A stretch of DNA of 64,000 nucleotides. It comes from Scyliorhinus canicula (Eukaryota). Positions 39,126 through 51,419 of the stretch are shown here, one piece after another (positions within the stretch are counted from its first letter, which is position 1; each line of letters opens with the position of its first letter). The position numbers and the translations under genes are program-made. Location of the stretch: positions 80,641,072-80,705,071 of the forward strand of contig NC_052154.1 of NCBI RefSeq assembly GCF_902713615.1. The letters are read 5' to 3'. The notes below the pieces were generated by a model. That model had not been told where the DNA came from, did no database searches, and was given only the letters and a program-made list of their open reading frames with translations.

Positions 39126-39788
39126 CAGTGGTCACGCCATACAACATTATGCCAGCAGCATACAGACCCGACCTGCCAGATAGTGCACCCCTAGACCCTC
39201 CCTCGCCACCCCTGGACCACCCCCACCAGCCCTCCCAGTCCCCGCCGAAGCCCCCCAGCAAGCGACACGGCTCCCCCTGACTGTGGCGGCGCTGGACACA
39301 GTCCGCAGCCCCCACGCGAGGCTGACGAAAACTCAAAGCACAAGTGATCTGCGCCGTCATGGACTTGGCCCATTGGGGATGGAGCATCGGGGAACGGTTT
39401 TCAGGTGACATCCTGAGGCCGTCCCAAAGGCCTGTTCCCCGGTGACATTGTTTTGGAGGGGGTGGAGCATCCGAAAACAGGCGCTGCCCCTAATTTCGGC
39501 ATCAATAGGGATTCTCCGCCCGATCGCTGTTGACGATATCAGCGTTGGGCAATGGAGAATCCCGCCCTATGTTCTCCTAGTGGTGGAGGATCACTATAAA
39601 TTGGCACTGCCTCTGGGTGTGCTGGCTATGAGCTATCCAGGGCATTTAAAGAGAACAGCATGTGGGCAATGCACAGCCCGGGCGATTCCTGGCCCTGCTG
39701 GAGTCAGATTTGTTGGGGTTGGGAGCCTGCCAAGCTGGAGCAGCTTTTAAGTGACCCACTTAGACCATACTTTCATTCCAGCAAGAAG

Positions 39789-41300
39789 ATGATGAGTAGA
39801 AGAGCTGCACCTCACTGTCTGGCTGTTGACATTGATAGGCTACTGGCCTCTGTCGACGAGAGGTGAAACTCTTCCCCAGGATGGGGCGGAGACCCAAGCC
39901 TGCCCTTCTCAATCGGGCTTGGGATCAGGTGGCAATCAATGCTGCTGGCATAACCAAGAGGACTGGAATGCAATGCCGTAAAAAAGTGAACGTCCATCTT
40001 CGAGTAGCTCGGGTGAGGAACCAACTCTGTATGTTTGGCATCGCTCCTGTCCCTCACCCCTCACACCTACGCCCAGTCTGTATTAACACCCTACATGCCT
40101 GTATTTCTCTTACAGCCCACCCCCTATGAACCCCCACCACCTGTATTACCCTCTCTGGCTCGGAGTCTTGCACACGCATTCTAACAGCTGCAAACTCCCC
40201 CATTAAACTGACGTCCCAGCATCTCAATTTGTCCTTTCTGTGTCCCCAAGGATTAATATGGCCAGGTTTGGGAGAAAACTAGAGTGGGTCAACCACATCT
40301 ATGGGTCCAAAACCCGTTTGAAGAAAAGGCACTCCAAATCGCAGGGGAGGTCTAGGAGAGGACATTTGTCTGCAATCGAGTTCTACATGAGGCAAACCAG
40401 TGAGAAGCCAATGCAACACAGATGTTCCTATAGCAAAGTGAGTCTATCATCTCCCATAGACCTGTCCTTCCCAACACCTCAACCCTTGTTTTATGTCTTC
40501 AGGATCACCTCCAGACAAGGCTGGGCCATCTGGGGTCACTAACCCCCCTCCTCAGCCGAAACCCTCAGGGCATCTCGGAGCATGGCTCGGGGAAGAGACC
40601 GACATCTCTGCACAACTGTCACCTGCACTATCCACCATCGCAGAGACTGTCACCTCGATGGGTAATGTTAGCAATCAAGCTCCTGGGTCACCATCTGGTA
40701 TACACCACACACAAGCTGCAGCATTTAAGGTGGAGCCAAGGGCTCCTGACAATCGGAGGGCTGCCCAAATCCAGAGAACAGCTGTCACCCAGGCAGATGT
40801 TTAGCTTCTGGAAAAGGTGATCCCAGCACTCGTGTAGATGCAGGCTCAGAGACAGAGTCTACAGGAGGGGTGCCAGTGACATTACAGTGTCTGCAAGGCC
40901 AGCTGGAGGAGCCCACTTGCCTTCTGGCACAGGAGTTGTTGCCAACAATGCGTGGCACCCGGGCCAACATTTAAAGGATGGCAGCTGCTGTGGAAGGCCT
41001 GGGCCAAAACATCATAACTATGTTTGTGTCAGGACGTCCAAGGCTTGTTCTGTCCGTGTCTGAAGCGCAGGACAGGATGGTGCAGTCACAGGCAGACATG
41101 TTTCGGGCCCAGATGGATATTGCTGTGTCACTTGCAAGAGTGCAAGAGCATTGGCCAGATGCTGAGCGACCATGACCATATACAGAGGGACATGACCGAC
41201 GCACTGAGGGACATGGCTCAACCTCAGCGTGCCTCAGCTGAGGGAATCGAGACCATAGTGAAGATGAGGCCGGCCTCCAGGACTGGCAGCGTCAGGTGAC
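39789..41300 (+). pseudogene. Harbinger Myb/SANT-like DNA-binding protein, disrupted
   Basis: MMSRRAAPH...LL..VDER, then (frameshift) LFPRMGRR...AWDQVA...RTGMQCRKKVN; donor gtgagg at 40013; acceptor gtcttcag near 40501. Confidence 0.75.
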
Positions 41301-42559
41301 AGTGGCGCCTCCAGAGCTCATTCCAGTCTCCCTGCCGTCCCATGGAGTGACCTGGAGGCCAGCGAGCAGCTCGAGGGGGGAGGAAGTAGAATCATAGAAT
41401 TTACAGTGCAGAAGGAGGCCATTTGGCCCATCGAGGCTGCACTGGCGTTTCGAAAGAGCACCCGACTTAAGCCCACACCGCCACCCTTTCCCCGGAACCT
41501 TGTAACCCCACCTAACCTTTTGGACACTAAGGGGTAATTTAGCATGGCCATTCCACCTAAACTGCACATCTTTGGACTGCAGAAGGAAACCGGAACACCC
41601 AGAGGAAACCCACGTGGACACAGGGAGGAAGTGTAAACTCCACAGTCACCCGAGGCCGGAATTGAACCCGGGTCCCTGGAGCTGTGAGGCAGCAGTGCTA
41701 ACCATTATGCCTGGCACCTCCCACAGGGGAGGTACTCGAACACCTCAGCACTTCCGAATCCCCCCCCCACTTGACCTTGATGCATTTGCTAGGCAGCGGC
41801 TGAACAGGCTGATACCTTGTCACCTGTGACACTTGAAAATCAGCCGAGGCCACCCAGGTCCTCCAGAGGACACCTGCTAAGGGCATTAGAGGGCAAAGGG
41901 CAGAAGAATTGGTAAGCCGTCTCCACTTCTGATTTGCTGTCGGGGATCACAGCTCAAAGGAGCAGTACAGCACAAAATGCTAGAAAGATAGATTACACTT
42001 AAGCTGGCACAGCGAATTGGAGACTAAAAATCTTTATTGTCACAGTCGGCTTACACTAACACTTCAATGAGGTTACTGTGAAAATCCCCGAGTTGCCTGT
42101 TCGGGTACGCAGAGGGGGAATTCAGAATGTCCAAATTACATAACAGCATGTCTTTCGGGACTTGTTTGAGGAAACCGGAGCACCCAGGGAGAATGTGACC
42201 CAAGCTGGGAATCAAACCTGGATCCTGGTGCTGCAAAGTATCTTAGAGACAAGAGTCTGACGTTGTGAGACAATGAGAAGCACCAGAACTCATCTCGCAG
42301 CGAGTCGTCATCATACTCTGTGCTGCAGCCAAGACCCGCTGATACATCCAATCCAGGGCCAGCACCCTATGGTGATGCTGGTATGACCCTTGGAGGGGAG
42401 GGTAGATCTGTGGTAGTGGGAAGGAGTGGAAGGCTAGTGGGAAGTGCAGTGAAGTTCTAAGGAAGAAGCAAAGAGTGAGAGGCTCAGATGAAGTTGGATT
42501 ATGTGTGTGTGTGGGGGGCGGGGGAGAGGTGGGTCAGGTTGGTGGAGTTGCTGGTGGCC

Positions 42560-43897
42560 AGGCCTTCTAGTTGGTAATTTGGGAGGTGATGAGCTTGTCC
42601 CTTATGTGGTGGCCCTGGAAGACACGCTGGGTGCCAACTCCAGCTCCATGCCTAGGTTTTCCTGGATATCATCCTTATCCTCGTCAGATGAGGCCTGGCA
42701 TCCTTCCTCCTGTTTCAATGTGTCACCCCTCTGCGCAATGTTATGAAGGCCGCAGCAGGCCGCTACATTGCCCAAGATCCTCTGGGAGCTATCTTGGAGG
42801 CCCCCACCAGAGTGGAGCAGGCAGGAGAAATCCATCTTGAGCACACCAATGTAACGCTCAATGATGCTCCTGGTTGCTGAGTGAGTATTGGTGTAATAGT
42901 TCTCCGCCTTGGTTTGGGCCCTCCGCATGGGCATCATTAGCTATGACCTCAGCGTGTAAGCCTTTTTGACCACTCGCCAACCCCTCAGCTGGGGGAACGC
43001 CGTGAACGTGTCGGGAAACAATGAGATGTCTGCGCTGTGCATGCTGCCTGGGTATCGGGCACAGGCATACATGAAAATGAAAATGAAAATCACTTATTGT
43101 CACAAGTAGGCTTCAGTGAAGTTACTGTGAAAAGCCCCTAGTCGCCACATTCCGGCGCCTGTTCGGGGAGGCTGGTACGGGAATGATGTTAAACTAGAGG
43201 TTGCACACCAACTGCACATTCATGGAATGGAACTCCTTCTTACTGATGAAGGACACAACCTGTTGAGCCGGTGCTCGAAGGACGACATGCATGCTATCGA
43301 TTGCCCCCTCGACTTGGGGAATGCCGGCGATGGTGGCAAGTCCTGCTGCCCGGGCCTGGTCGAGGTTAACGTAGATGATGTAGACGAGCTGATGTAGATG
43401 CCCGGGCGCATAAACCATCTGTAACAGTGTGGCTGTGCCTGTGTGCTGATGACTGTGATATCCCACACAGATCTCAGCTCATTCCAAGAATGAACCAGAG
43501 GTGTAAAGGTTAGTGCGACCATCACATGATGGTTACTGGGAGCTTGTGTCCTCCTCCATACCCCCGTGGTGCCAGGAGTGCCATTACCTGGCACAGGTGG
43601 CGCACATTTCCCTACTCAGCTGGAGTCGTCAGCAGCACACACAGTCCGGCAGCTCCTCGAAGAACAGGTGCCGACTTTATACATGTGACCTGATGCGGTG
43701 TCTCCTTCGTTCCTCTTCCTCGGACTGATGGTCGGCCAGCAGTTGAGCCTCACTGGCTGTCCCCTGCTGTTCTGGGCAGGCACCTCTTGTGCATGGTCCT
43801 CTCTCAGCTGACCTTGACCCTCCCGCCACGGTGCAAATGCAATGGCAGCAGCAGCCAGGTGGATAGCAAGCATTGCTGTTTGTAGTCCAAAATCCAT
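42560..43897 (-). pseudogene. Harbinger DDE nuclease (HARBI1/DDE_Tnp_4-like), disrupted
   Basis: IAGIPQVEGAIDSMHV, FISKKEFHSMNVQLVC, ARYPGSMH, TRSIIERYIGVLK and ACCGLHNIA, with frameshifts, stops and a SINE insertion. Confidence 0.88.
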
Positions 43898-44287
43898 GTC
43901 TCTGCAGGGGGAGGGAAAGAGACAGAGAATGTGAGAAAGCTGAGGATCCCCTTGACCATCCGATGCCACCAGGTTACATGGTCACCCTGAGTTGTTCTGC
44001 TGCGCCACCCCTGTCCCCTTCAAAATGAGGTAGTCCGTACTGCCTACCTGCCCCCATTGGTGACTGGCATCCAGCCTGTGATGCGGGCAGCCTCTGTGCT
44101 CACCACCTGTTCCTGCCAACTGTGGTAACAGTGGTGCCACAATGAGTGTTCCTGAGAGGGTCTGTGGCCTCTGCAATGTCTCCCAGTGGAGTCTACTGTG
44201 TGCCCTCACTGAGTGGACCTTGTGCTCTCCCACCAGATGTGTGACATCTGGTTGTGTGGTGGAGATGTTCCTGCTGTGCAACCCCTC

Positions 44288-47200
44288 GGGCGGAATTCTC
44301 TGATGGCTGGTGCAGAATCTGGGAACACGATTGGGCGGAGAATCGTTTCTGACCCTGAAATCGTGGCGGGCACCGGTTTCACGGCAAATCACAATTCTCC
44401 GGTGCCTCGACAGCAGCGTCAATGTGTTCCACTCTGCATGTGCAATAAACATCATTGGCATATCATTAGCTGGACTGACCCAGTATCCTCCAGGGCTTCT
44501 GCGATTCTCCGCCTCCACTGAGCGAATTCAGGACAGTGAGGTTCACTTGTGCTTTTAAAAATCAGTATTCTTGGCTGATAAGGGGAGAGAGAGGTGTGAC
44601 CATGGGCTGCCTCTTCTGACACTGGCTGGGTTGGCTGGGACGGGGAGGGTGGGGGGGGGGGGGAACATGTCAGGGCTCGTGGGGGAACAGGAGTAAGGGC
44701 TGTGGGGCCAGGGTGACCCCCCCTTAGTACTGTGTCGGTGTCTAGCCAGGGATCACCATTGCCACGGTCTGCAGGGCAGCCATCTTGCTGTCCACCTCAA
44801 TGACCACTCGCCTTGGCACCTGGTTATGCAGAGTGATAACGGCCATACAGGTGTGCCTACGCCTGCAACCCAGCCCCAATCCTTCACCCCATCATCCCCC
44901 TGAACCACACCCTCCACCATACCACCCTGCCAAACCGGCAGACACCTACTGGTTGGGCATCACGTCCAGGGGGACACCCACAGAAGCACCTTCAGGGATG
45001 TGCAGGACAGAAGCCCCAGAGCGAACTGCTGGCATGGGCAGCACCAGTCAATGGTACTCCTGGCAGCAGGTACGGGCACCAGGATCAGGGGCCCCCATAG
45101 TGCCGCTCACCAACGAGGGTGAGGAGAGGATGGGGTTTGGGGAACATGTGGGGGCAGAGACTGCAGTGCCAATGGGGGCCACTGTGTAGCCTGGTGGACC
45201 TGTTTGGGCACAGGGGTACGCACCATGCTAACATGTTGGCCTTTCACCCCATGCAGTCAATGGATTTGGAAGACAACCAGAAATTATAGCCTTCCTCTTA
45301 GTCGTTGCAATCCTGGGGGATGCACTGCGGCTGTACGAGCTGGGGATAATCAAGGAGGAAGCAGAAGCCGCAGATCCTGCCCCAGAGGAACAATGTCTGA
45401 CTCCTGCCCATGGTAGCACTTTGCACCGTCCATCTGGGTGATCCCTGCATGCGAGCTGGCCATTCCATCACACGGTCCCATCAAATCCTTGGGGTGGTGG
45501 AGGTAGGGATGGTGGGGGTGGGGGAGGGAGCTGGGATGGGGGTGGGGCACCAGAGCGATGAACGCTAGCTAAACTACAGTCGCTGAGCCAAGCCCACCCA
45601 CAAAGTCTGCCCTTCACCCACCCCCAACTCAGCTGCCAGCCAAGACAAGTCCACCCCTCACACCTTCTGACAGAGAACCAAGCAGTTTGTAACATTGTGT
45701 ACAAGTGTTAAATGTGAAAACATATATACACGTTTGTGCCCTAACCCCTATCACTGTGCCCGGCACCGGTACCAACTCAACTGGTGTCTACTTTTCTGAC
45801 CTTATGGGCCCTAATGCGACGCCAGGTGGATCTCCAGATGGGACATCAGGAGTGGAGACGGCCCACTGCGACCCATCCTGCGACCTGGGTCCCCTTTGGC
45901 GGGCACCTTCTGGGGCGACAGGGCCTGGATGGGCCCAATCGCTGCTTGGGTAACTCAGGTGGCATGGTGCTGCCCTGGCCTGCCCCCTGCTGACCAGATG
46001 CATCAGGGACAGGAGGTGGGGAGGGGAAACCGAGGTGCTTGGATGTTCCGGCACATCCCCGTCACCGCCTCCTCCTCCCTTGAGGTGCCCAATGGTCCAT
46101 GGGCTACTCCATGGGATGGAGGTGAGAGGGGAGCTACCCCCTGAGGCTCCGCCGCCACATAGCATTGCCAGTGCTGGAGACCCGCTGCCATCTTGACCTG
46201 GGTGTACATTCTTGCGGCCATGGAGCACAGGGAGTGGAATATCTCAGCGTGGGACTGCGCCACATCACTCTGTGACTGTGTCACCACCTTCTGTGTCTGT
46301 GCGACATCAGCCAGTAACTGTGGCATCTTCCTCTGGGATGGGCCATCTCCCCCTTTGTGTACACTGCAACAGCCAGTGGCTCAGCAATGCAGCCAACGTT
46401 CTCAGCCATGGCTTGCTGTGACTGGGCCATGCTCAGGAGCCCCGCTGCAATGTCCCGGTGGTTCCGGTACATGGCTGCCTGTGAGAGGGCAGCCTTGTCC
46501 TGAGTCTCGGCTACTGCCCGCACAGATTGCCCCAGGCCTTGGACAAGCTGATCCACAGTTGAAACCCTCGCCTCGAATGCCTCCACTGCACATGCCACTC
46601 GTGTGGTCTTAACTTGGGTGGCACATATGCTGGCACCACCTTCTTCTCCTGCATGTTGTTGGACTCCTCAACCTGTGCCTGCAGGTGCTGGACGCCCGTT
46701 GTCAACTCCTTATCTCCTCCCTGGCTCTGCAACTGCATTTCCATGGTCAATGGGACAGTCCCTTCCAGAGGCCCAAAACTCATCTGGAAGGCATCTAGTC
46801 CCTGGGGTCAACCCGCTCTCCAACCGTCCTCCCCCTCAGCAATTCCTTTCCGCCACCTGATGTGCTGGAGCAATTGTGTGGTGAGCATCAGATAGCGTCC
46901 CAGGGACCTCTTCATCAAAGTGCCCAAACAAGATGGGTGTCTCTGGGATGGTGGAGAATGTTGGAGACAGCTGTGATGGGAAACCTGTTCCACCCCCGCT
47001 CTCGAGCCTCGGGGTGTCCTGGGTCTTGTGTTCATGGCTCCCACCCGTGTCGGTGCCTTTGTCACTGCTCGACACCTGGGGCTCTGGCTCTGGGTGTGGC
47101 AGGAGCGGAGGACACCAGAAGGGCCCGCCCCATTACCAGCAGGTCCTGCAAGACACAAAACAAGACTGCCCAGGGGCCAGTAGAGCGGTGAGGGTGTGTG

Positions 47201-48454
47201 GAATGGGGGTGAGGGGGTGGTGGGGGTTTGGTGTATGGCTGGTGTGGGTGTGAGGGTGGTGTGAAAATGGTGTGTGGGTGTTGTGATGGTGGTGTAGGGG
47301 TGAGGGTGATGTGCGTTTGGGAGGTGGTGTGCGAGTGGTGTGGGTGTGAAGGTGAGTGTGAGTTTGGGTGTGAGGGTGGTGTGAGGGTGGTTTGGGATTG
47401 ATGTTGGTGTGGGTGTGAGAGTGGTGTGAGGGTGGTGTGCGTTTAGGGGATGGTGTACGGGTGATGTGGGCGTGTGGGTGGTGTGGGGGTGAGGGTGATG
47501 TGAGGGTTGTGTGGGGTAAGGGAGTTGTGAGGGTAATGTGGGGGGTGGTGACACACGTGTCACAGGGAACCACCACTCAGTGGGGTCTCACTTCCTTGCC
47601 TGAGGCCAATCTCCACCCTGGTGACTGCCCTTCCCTCGGGCACACTGACCATGTCCAGTGCCCGCTACTCTGCCACGGTGAGGAGCTGCAGGTCTGGCGG
47701 TCCCCCTCCAGTCATCTCCTGCTCCCGGCGGTTATGGGCGGCCTTCTCCTGAAGCGGGGGTGGGAAAGGAAACAGAAAACAGAAAACACGCAGTCCTACG
47801 CATGCAGCCCAAGGGGTCGGTAGCTGGTGGCTTCAATAGCCAGGACACCTGGCCATGGCGACTGATATGGATGCCGGCATGTTGTGCAGGGTGGGCGTTC
47901 AACCGCCGGCCTGGTGGGAGGGGTAGGGTTACGGGTGTATGGGACAGGGGTTGGTGCCAGGGTCACAGTGCTGCCTACTCACCCTGGCCTCCTTGAGGAG
48001 GTCGTGCAGTTGCTTCCGGCACTGCTGGCTAGTCCAGATGGTGTTGCTTGTGCTTACAGCCTCTGCCATCTGCGCCCAGGCACGGCGAATGGCGGAGGCT
48101 GGCAGCCTCTTCCTGTGCCGGAGTACAGTGGCGCCCACCTCTCCTTCACAGTGTCCAGCAGGGCTTCAAACTCAGCGTCTGTAAAATGGGGTGCCATTCT
48201 CCTCTCTGCCATCTTGTTTGCTGGGATGGTGTGTAATGCGAGTGAAGTGTGTATATGCGGATGCAGCTTGTCAGCATGCTGAATGTCAATCACGAATCCC
48301 GCAATGTTTATTCATTGGAATCAAATGTGTTCCAAGTGGTGCTGGTGGAAGCCCCTCAAGGGCCGCTGAATTGGCCCAGGTGTGGTGCCAGTTTTGCTGT
48401 CGTAGAAGTCCACAATTCCTGCCCAGGTGTCTACAGGAAAGGAGAATTCTGCCA
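44288..48454. mobile_element. Harbinger element 2, internally deleted (nuclease 5' stub + at about 45260-45400; Myb-like pseudogene - from 48212 to about 45790)
   Basis: TIRs gggcggaattctct and ggagaattctgcca (11/14); MAERRMAPHFTDAEFEALLDTVKER and RRAWAQMAEAVS...QQCRKQLHDLL. Confidence 0.8.
47190..47560. repeat. G/T-rich low-complexity repeat (gtgagggtggt-like) in a Harbinger Myb intron
   Basis: Repeated ggtggtgtgagggt and gtgtgggtg units. Confidence 0.8.
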
Positions 48455-51010
48455 CTGATCTCTGGAGTCAATCTAGTGAACTTCCTCTGAACTGCCTCCA
48501 ATGCCAGTACATCTTTCCTCAAATAAGGGGACCAAAACTGTGCACAGTACTCCAGGTGTTGTTTGTACCAATGTCTTATTCAGTTGCAACACTTCCTGAC
48601 CTTTATACTCTATTTCTTTAGTTATAAATGCTAACACTCCATTCACGTTCTTTATTACCTGCTGTACCTGCATGCTAGTTTCCTGTGACTCATGCACGAG
48701 GACACCCAAATCCCTCTGTACTGGAGCACCCCGAATTCTCTCCCCATTTAGATAATAAGTTGCCTTTCCAATTTTTCGACCAAAATGGATGACCTCACAG
48801 TCATCCATATTAAATTTCATCTGGTACATTTTGACCCACTCACCTAACCTATCTATATCCATTTGTATTTCCTCACTGCAACGTACTTTCCCACCTATTT
48901 TAGTTTAATCTGCAAATTTTTGTTGGTGGAACCTTCTATCCTGTGTCCAACTCCTTAATATAGATTGTAAATAGTTGGGGCCAAAGAAATGAGCCCTGTG
49001 GCACTCACTAGTTACATCTTGCCATCAAGAAAAAGAAAATGAAATGAAAATCACATTGTCACAGATAGGCTTCAAATGAGTTACTGTGAAAAGCCCCTAG
49101 TCGCCACATTCTGGCGCCTGTTCGGGGAGGCTGGTACGTAAATTTATTTATTCCATTTATTAATTTTATTTACCCATTTATTCTGACTCTCTGTCTTCTG
49201 TCCGTCAGCCAGTCATCTATCCAAGCTAATAAATTATTCCTAACCCTGTTTGATCTAAGCTTGCTTTTTAACCTTCTGTGCGACACCTCATCAAACGCCT
49301 TCCCGAAGTCCAGATATACTACATCTACAGGATCCCCATTATTTACTTGGCTTGTTACATCTTAGAAGAACTCTAGCAAATTAGTCAGACCTGATTTACC
49401 CTTCATAAAACCACGCTGACTCTAATGGAATGCGTTTTGACATTCGAAATGGTATTACTTCCTTAAGGAAGAATTATACCAATTTCCGAATAACAGATGT
49501 TAAACAAACTGATTTGGAATTTCCTCCACCCTGCCTCCCTTCCTTTTTGAAAAAGGGCGTTGTATGAAAATTTTTCAAATCCAGGGAATTTTGGAATACT
49601 AGAACAAATTGAACCACTATCTCCACCCACTGCCACTTCCTTTAAAACCCAAAATATAAGCCATCAGGCCCTGGGGATTTAGCTGCCTTTAATCACAATA
49701 GTTTATTGAGTACTGTTTCCCTATTGTTGCTGATTGTTCTAAATTCCAACTTTTCTATTATCTCTGAATTATCCATTCCTATAGGGATAGTACTAGTGTC
49801 CTCCACTGTGATACCTGAGGCAAAATATTGATTTAGCATCATCGCCATTTCTGTGTTCCCTACATTTAACTCTCTAGTTTCATCTTCCAAGGGACCAACA
49901 ATCACTTTAGTGACTCTCTTCCCTTTTATGTACTTACAAAAGCTTTTGTTATCCTTTTGGATATTTTGTACAAGCTTTCTTTCATAATTTACCTCAGCTC
50001 TTTTTATTACTTTTTAGTAACCCTTTGTTTATGTTGAAAGTTTCCCTATCTTCCAGCCTGCCACTGGCCTTTGCAAAATGGTATACCTTAGTTTTTGTCA
50101 TTCTATTGTCCTTAACCTTCTTGCTTAGCCATGGATGTATTTTTTTTACCCCACTTCCCATTTTCTTCCTTTCTGGAATATATTTTAGTTGTGAGGAATT
50201 GAGAATTTCCTTGAAGAACTACCACTGCATATCAGCTGTCATAAGAACATAAGAACTAGGAGCAGGATTAGGAGTGGGTCATATGGCCCCTCAAGCCTGC
50301 TCCGCCATTCAATGAGATCATGGCTAATCTTTTGTGGACTCAGCTCCACTTTCCGGCCTGAACACCATAACCCTTTATCCCTTTATCCTTCAAAAAACTA
50401 TCTATCTTTATCTTAAAAACATTTAATGAAGGAGCGTCAACTGCTTCACTGGGCAAGGAATTCCACAGATTCACAACCCTTTTGGTTAAGAAGTTCCTCC
50501 TAAATCAGTCCTAAATCTACTTCCCCTTATTTTGAGGCTATGCGGCCTAGTTCTGCTTTCACCCGCTAGTGGAAATAACTTGCCTGCATCTATCCTATCT
50601 ATTCCCTTCATAATTTTATATGTTTCTAAATTCTTCTAAATTTCAACGACTATAGTCCCAGTCTACTCAACCTCTCCTCAAAATCCAACCCCTACAGCTC
50701 TGGGATGAATCTCCTCTGCACACCCTCCAGCGCCAGTACGTCCTTTCTCAGGTTAGGAGACCAAAACTGAACACAATACTCCAGGTGTGGCCTCACTAAC
50801 ACCTTATACAATTGCAGCATAACTACCCTAGTCTTAAACTCCATCCCTCTAGCAATGAAGGATAACATTCCATTTGACTTCTTAATCACCTGTAAACCAA
50901 CTTTCTGTGACTCATGCACTAGCACACTCAGGTCTCTCTGCACAGCAGCATGTTTTAATATTTTATCATTTAAATAATAATCCTACCAAAATGTATAACC
51001 TCACATTTGT
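48455..51010 (-). mobile_element. Stacked decayed CR1 LINE fragments (at least two copies; second 3' tail at about 50240); SINE fragment at about 49043-49138
   Basis: Reverse-strand QRDLGVLVHESQ, YKVLVRPHLEYCVQFWSP and RKDVLALE.VQRRF; tail cataagaacataagaac. Confidence 0.85.
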
Positions 51011-51419
51011 CAACATTGTACATTTCCTACCTATCACAGCACCAACCTTTCAAGCATCAGTGCCACCCCAGTACCCATGACCTACCACCTGCCCATTCAC
51101 ATACACAGCCCGGGAAGGAAGAGAGAGAGAGCAACCACACGGTCCTAATGGAGAGGCCCCATCTCTTGAACAGACGCTTGAGAACACTAGCTCAGACATT
51201 AACACTGCACAAGACAAGTGTAGAGTTCCGATCACCTTGTGCTGAATCATCTGACCATGAATGATCAAGAGATGGGGCAAAACTGTCCAGCTGAGTGCAC
51301 AGGCAGCTGGCAGAATGGATCAACCCACTCATCCCCATGTTGCAATCATGGTGATGAGGAGAGGCCCGTCTTGGGGTGGCGGGGAGGGGGGGGGGGGGGG
51401 GGGGGGGGGGGTGGCGGCT

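Larger units (their letters stand above)
34709..39567. mobile_element. Harbinger-type MITE split by nested LINE and SINE insertions
   Basis: TIRs gggcatgattctcc (34709-34722) and ggagaatcccgccc (39554-39567), 12/14 match; MITE body at 34709-34894 and about 39125-39567. Confidence 0.75.
39600..44287. mobile_element. Decayed autonomous-type Harbinger element 1 (Myb-like gene +, DDE nuclease -, convergent); termini not identified; SINE insertions at about 41390-41710, 42025-42240 and 43072-43185
   Basis: See component pseudogenes; I could not find matching TIRs. Confidence 0.75.

Noticed and set aside
42560-43897. Domesticated HARBI1 host gene
   Set aside because: Multiple frameshifts, stops and a SINE insertion, and linkage to a Myb partner, indicate a decayed transposon
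46808-47576. 251-aa and 147-aa His/Pro/Thr-rich ORFs
   Set aside because: Translation of a G/T-rich low-complexity intron of the Harbinger Myb gene
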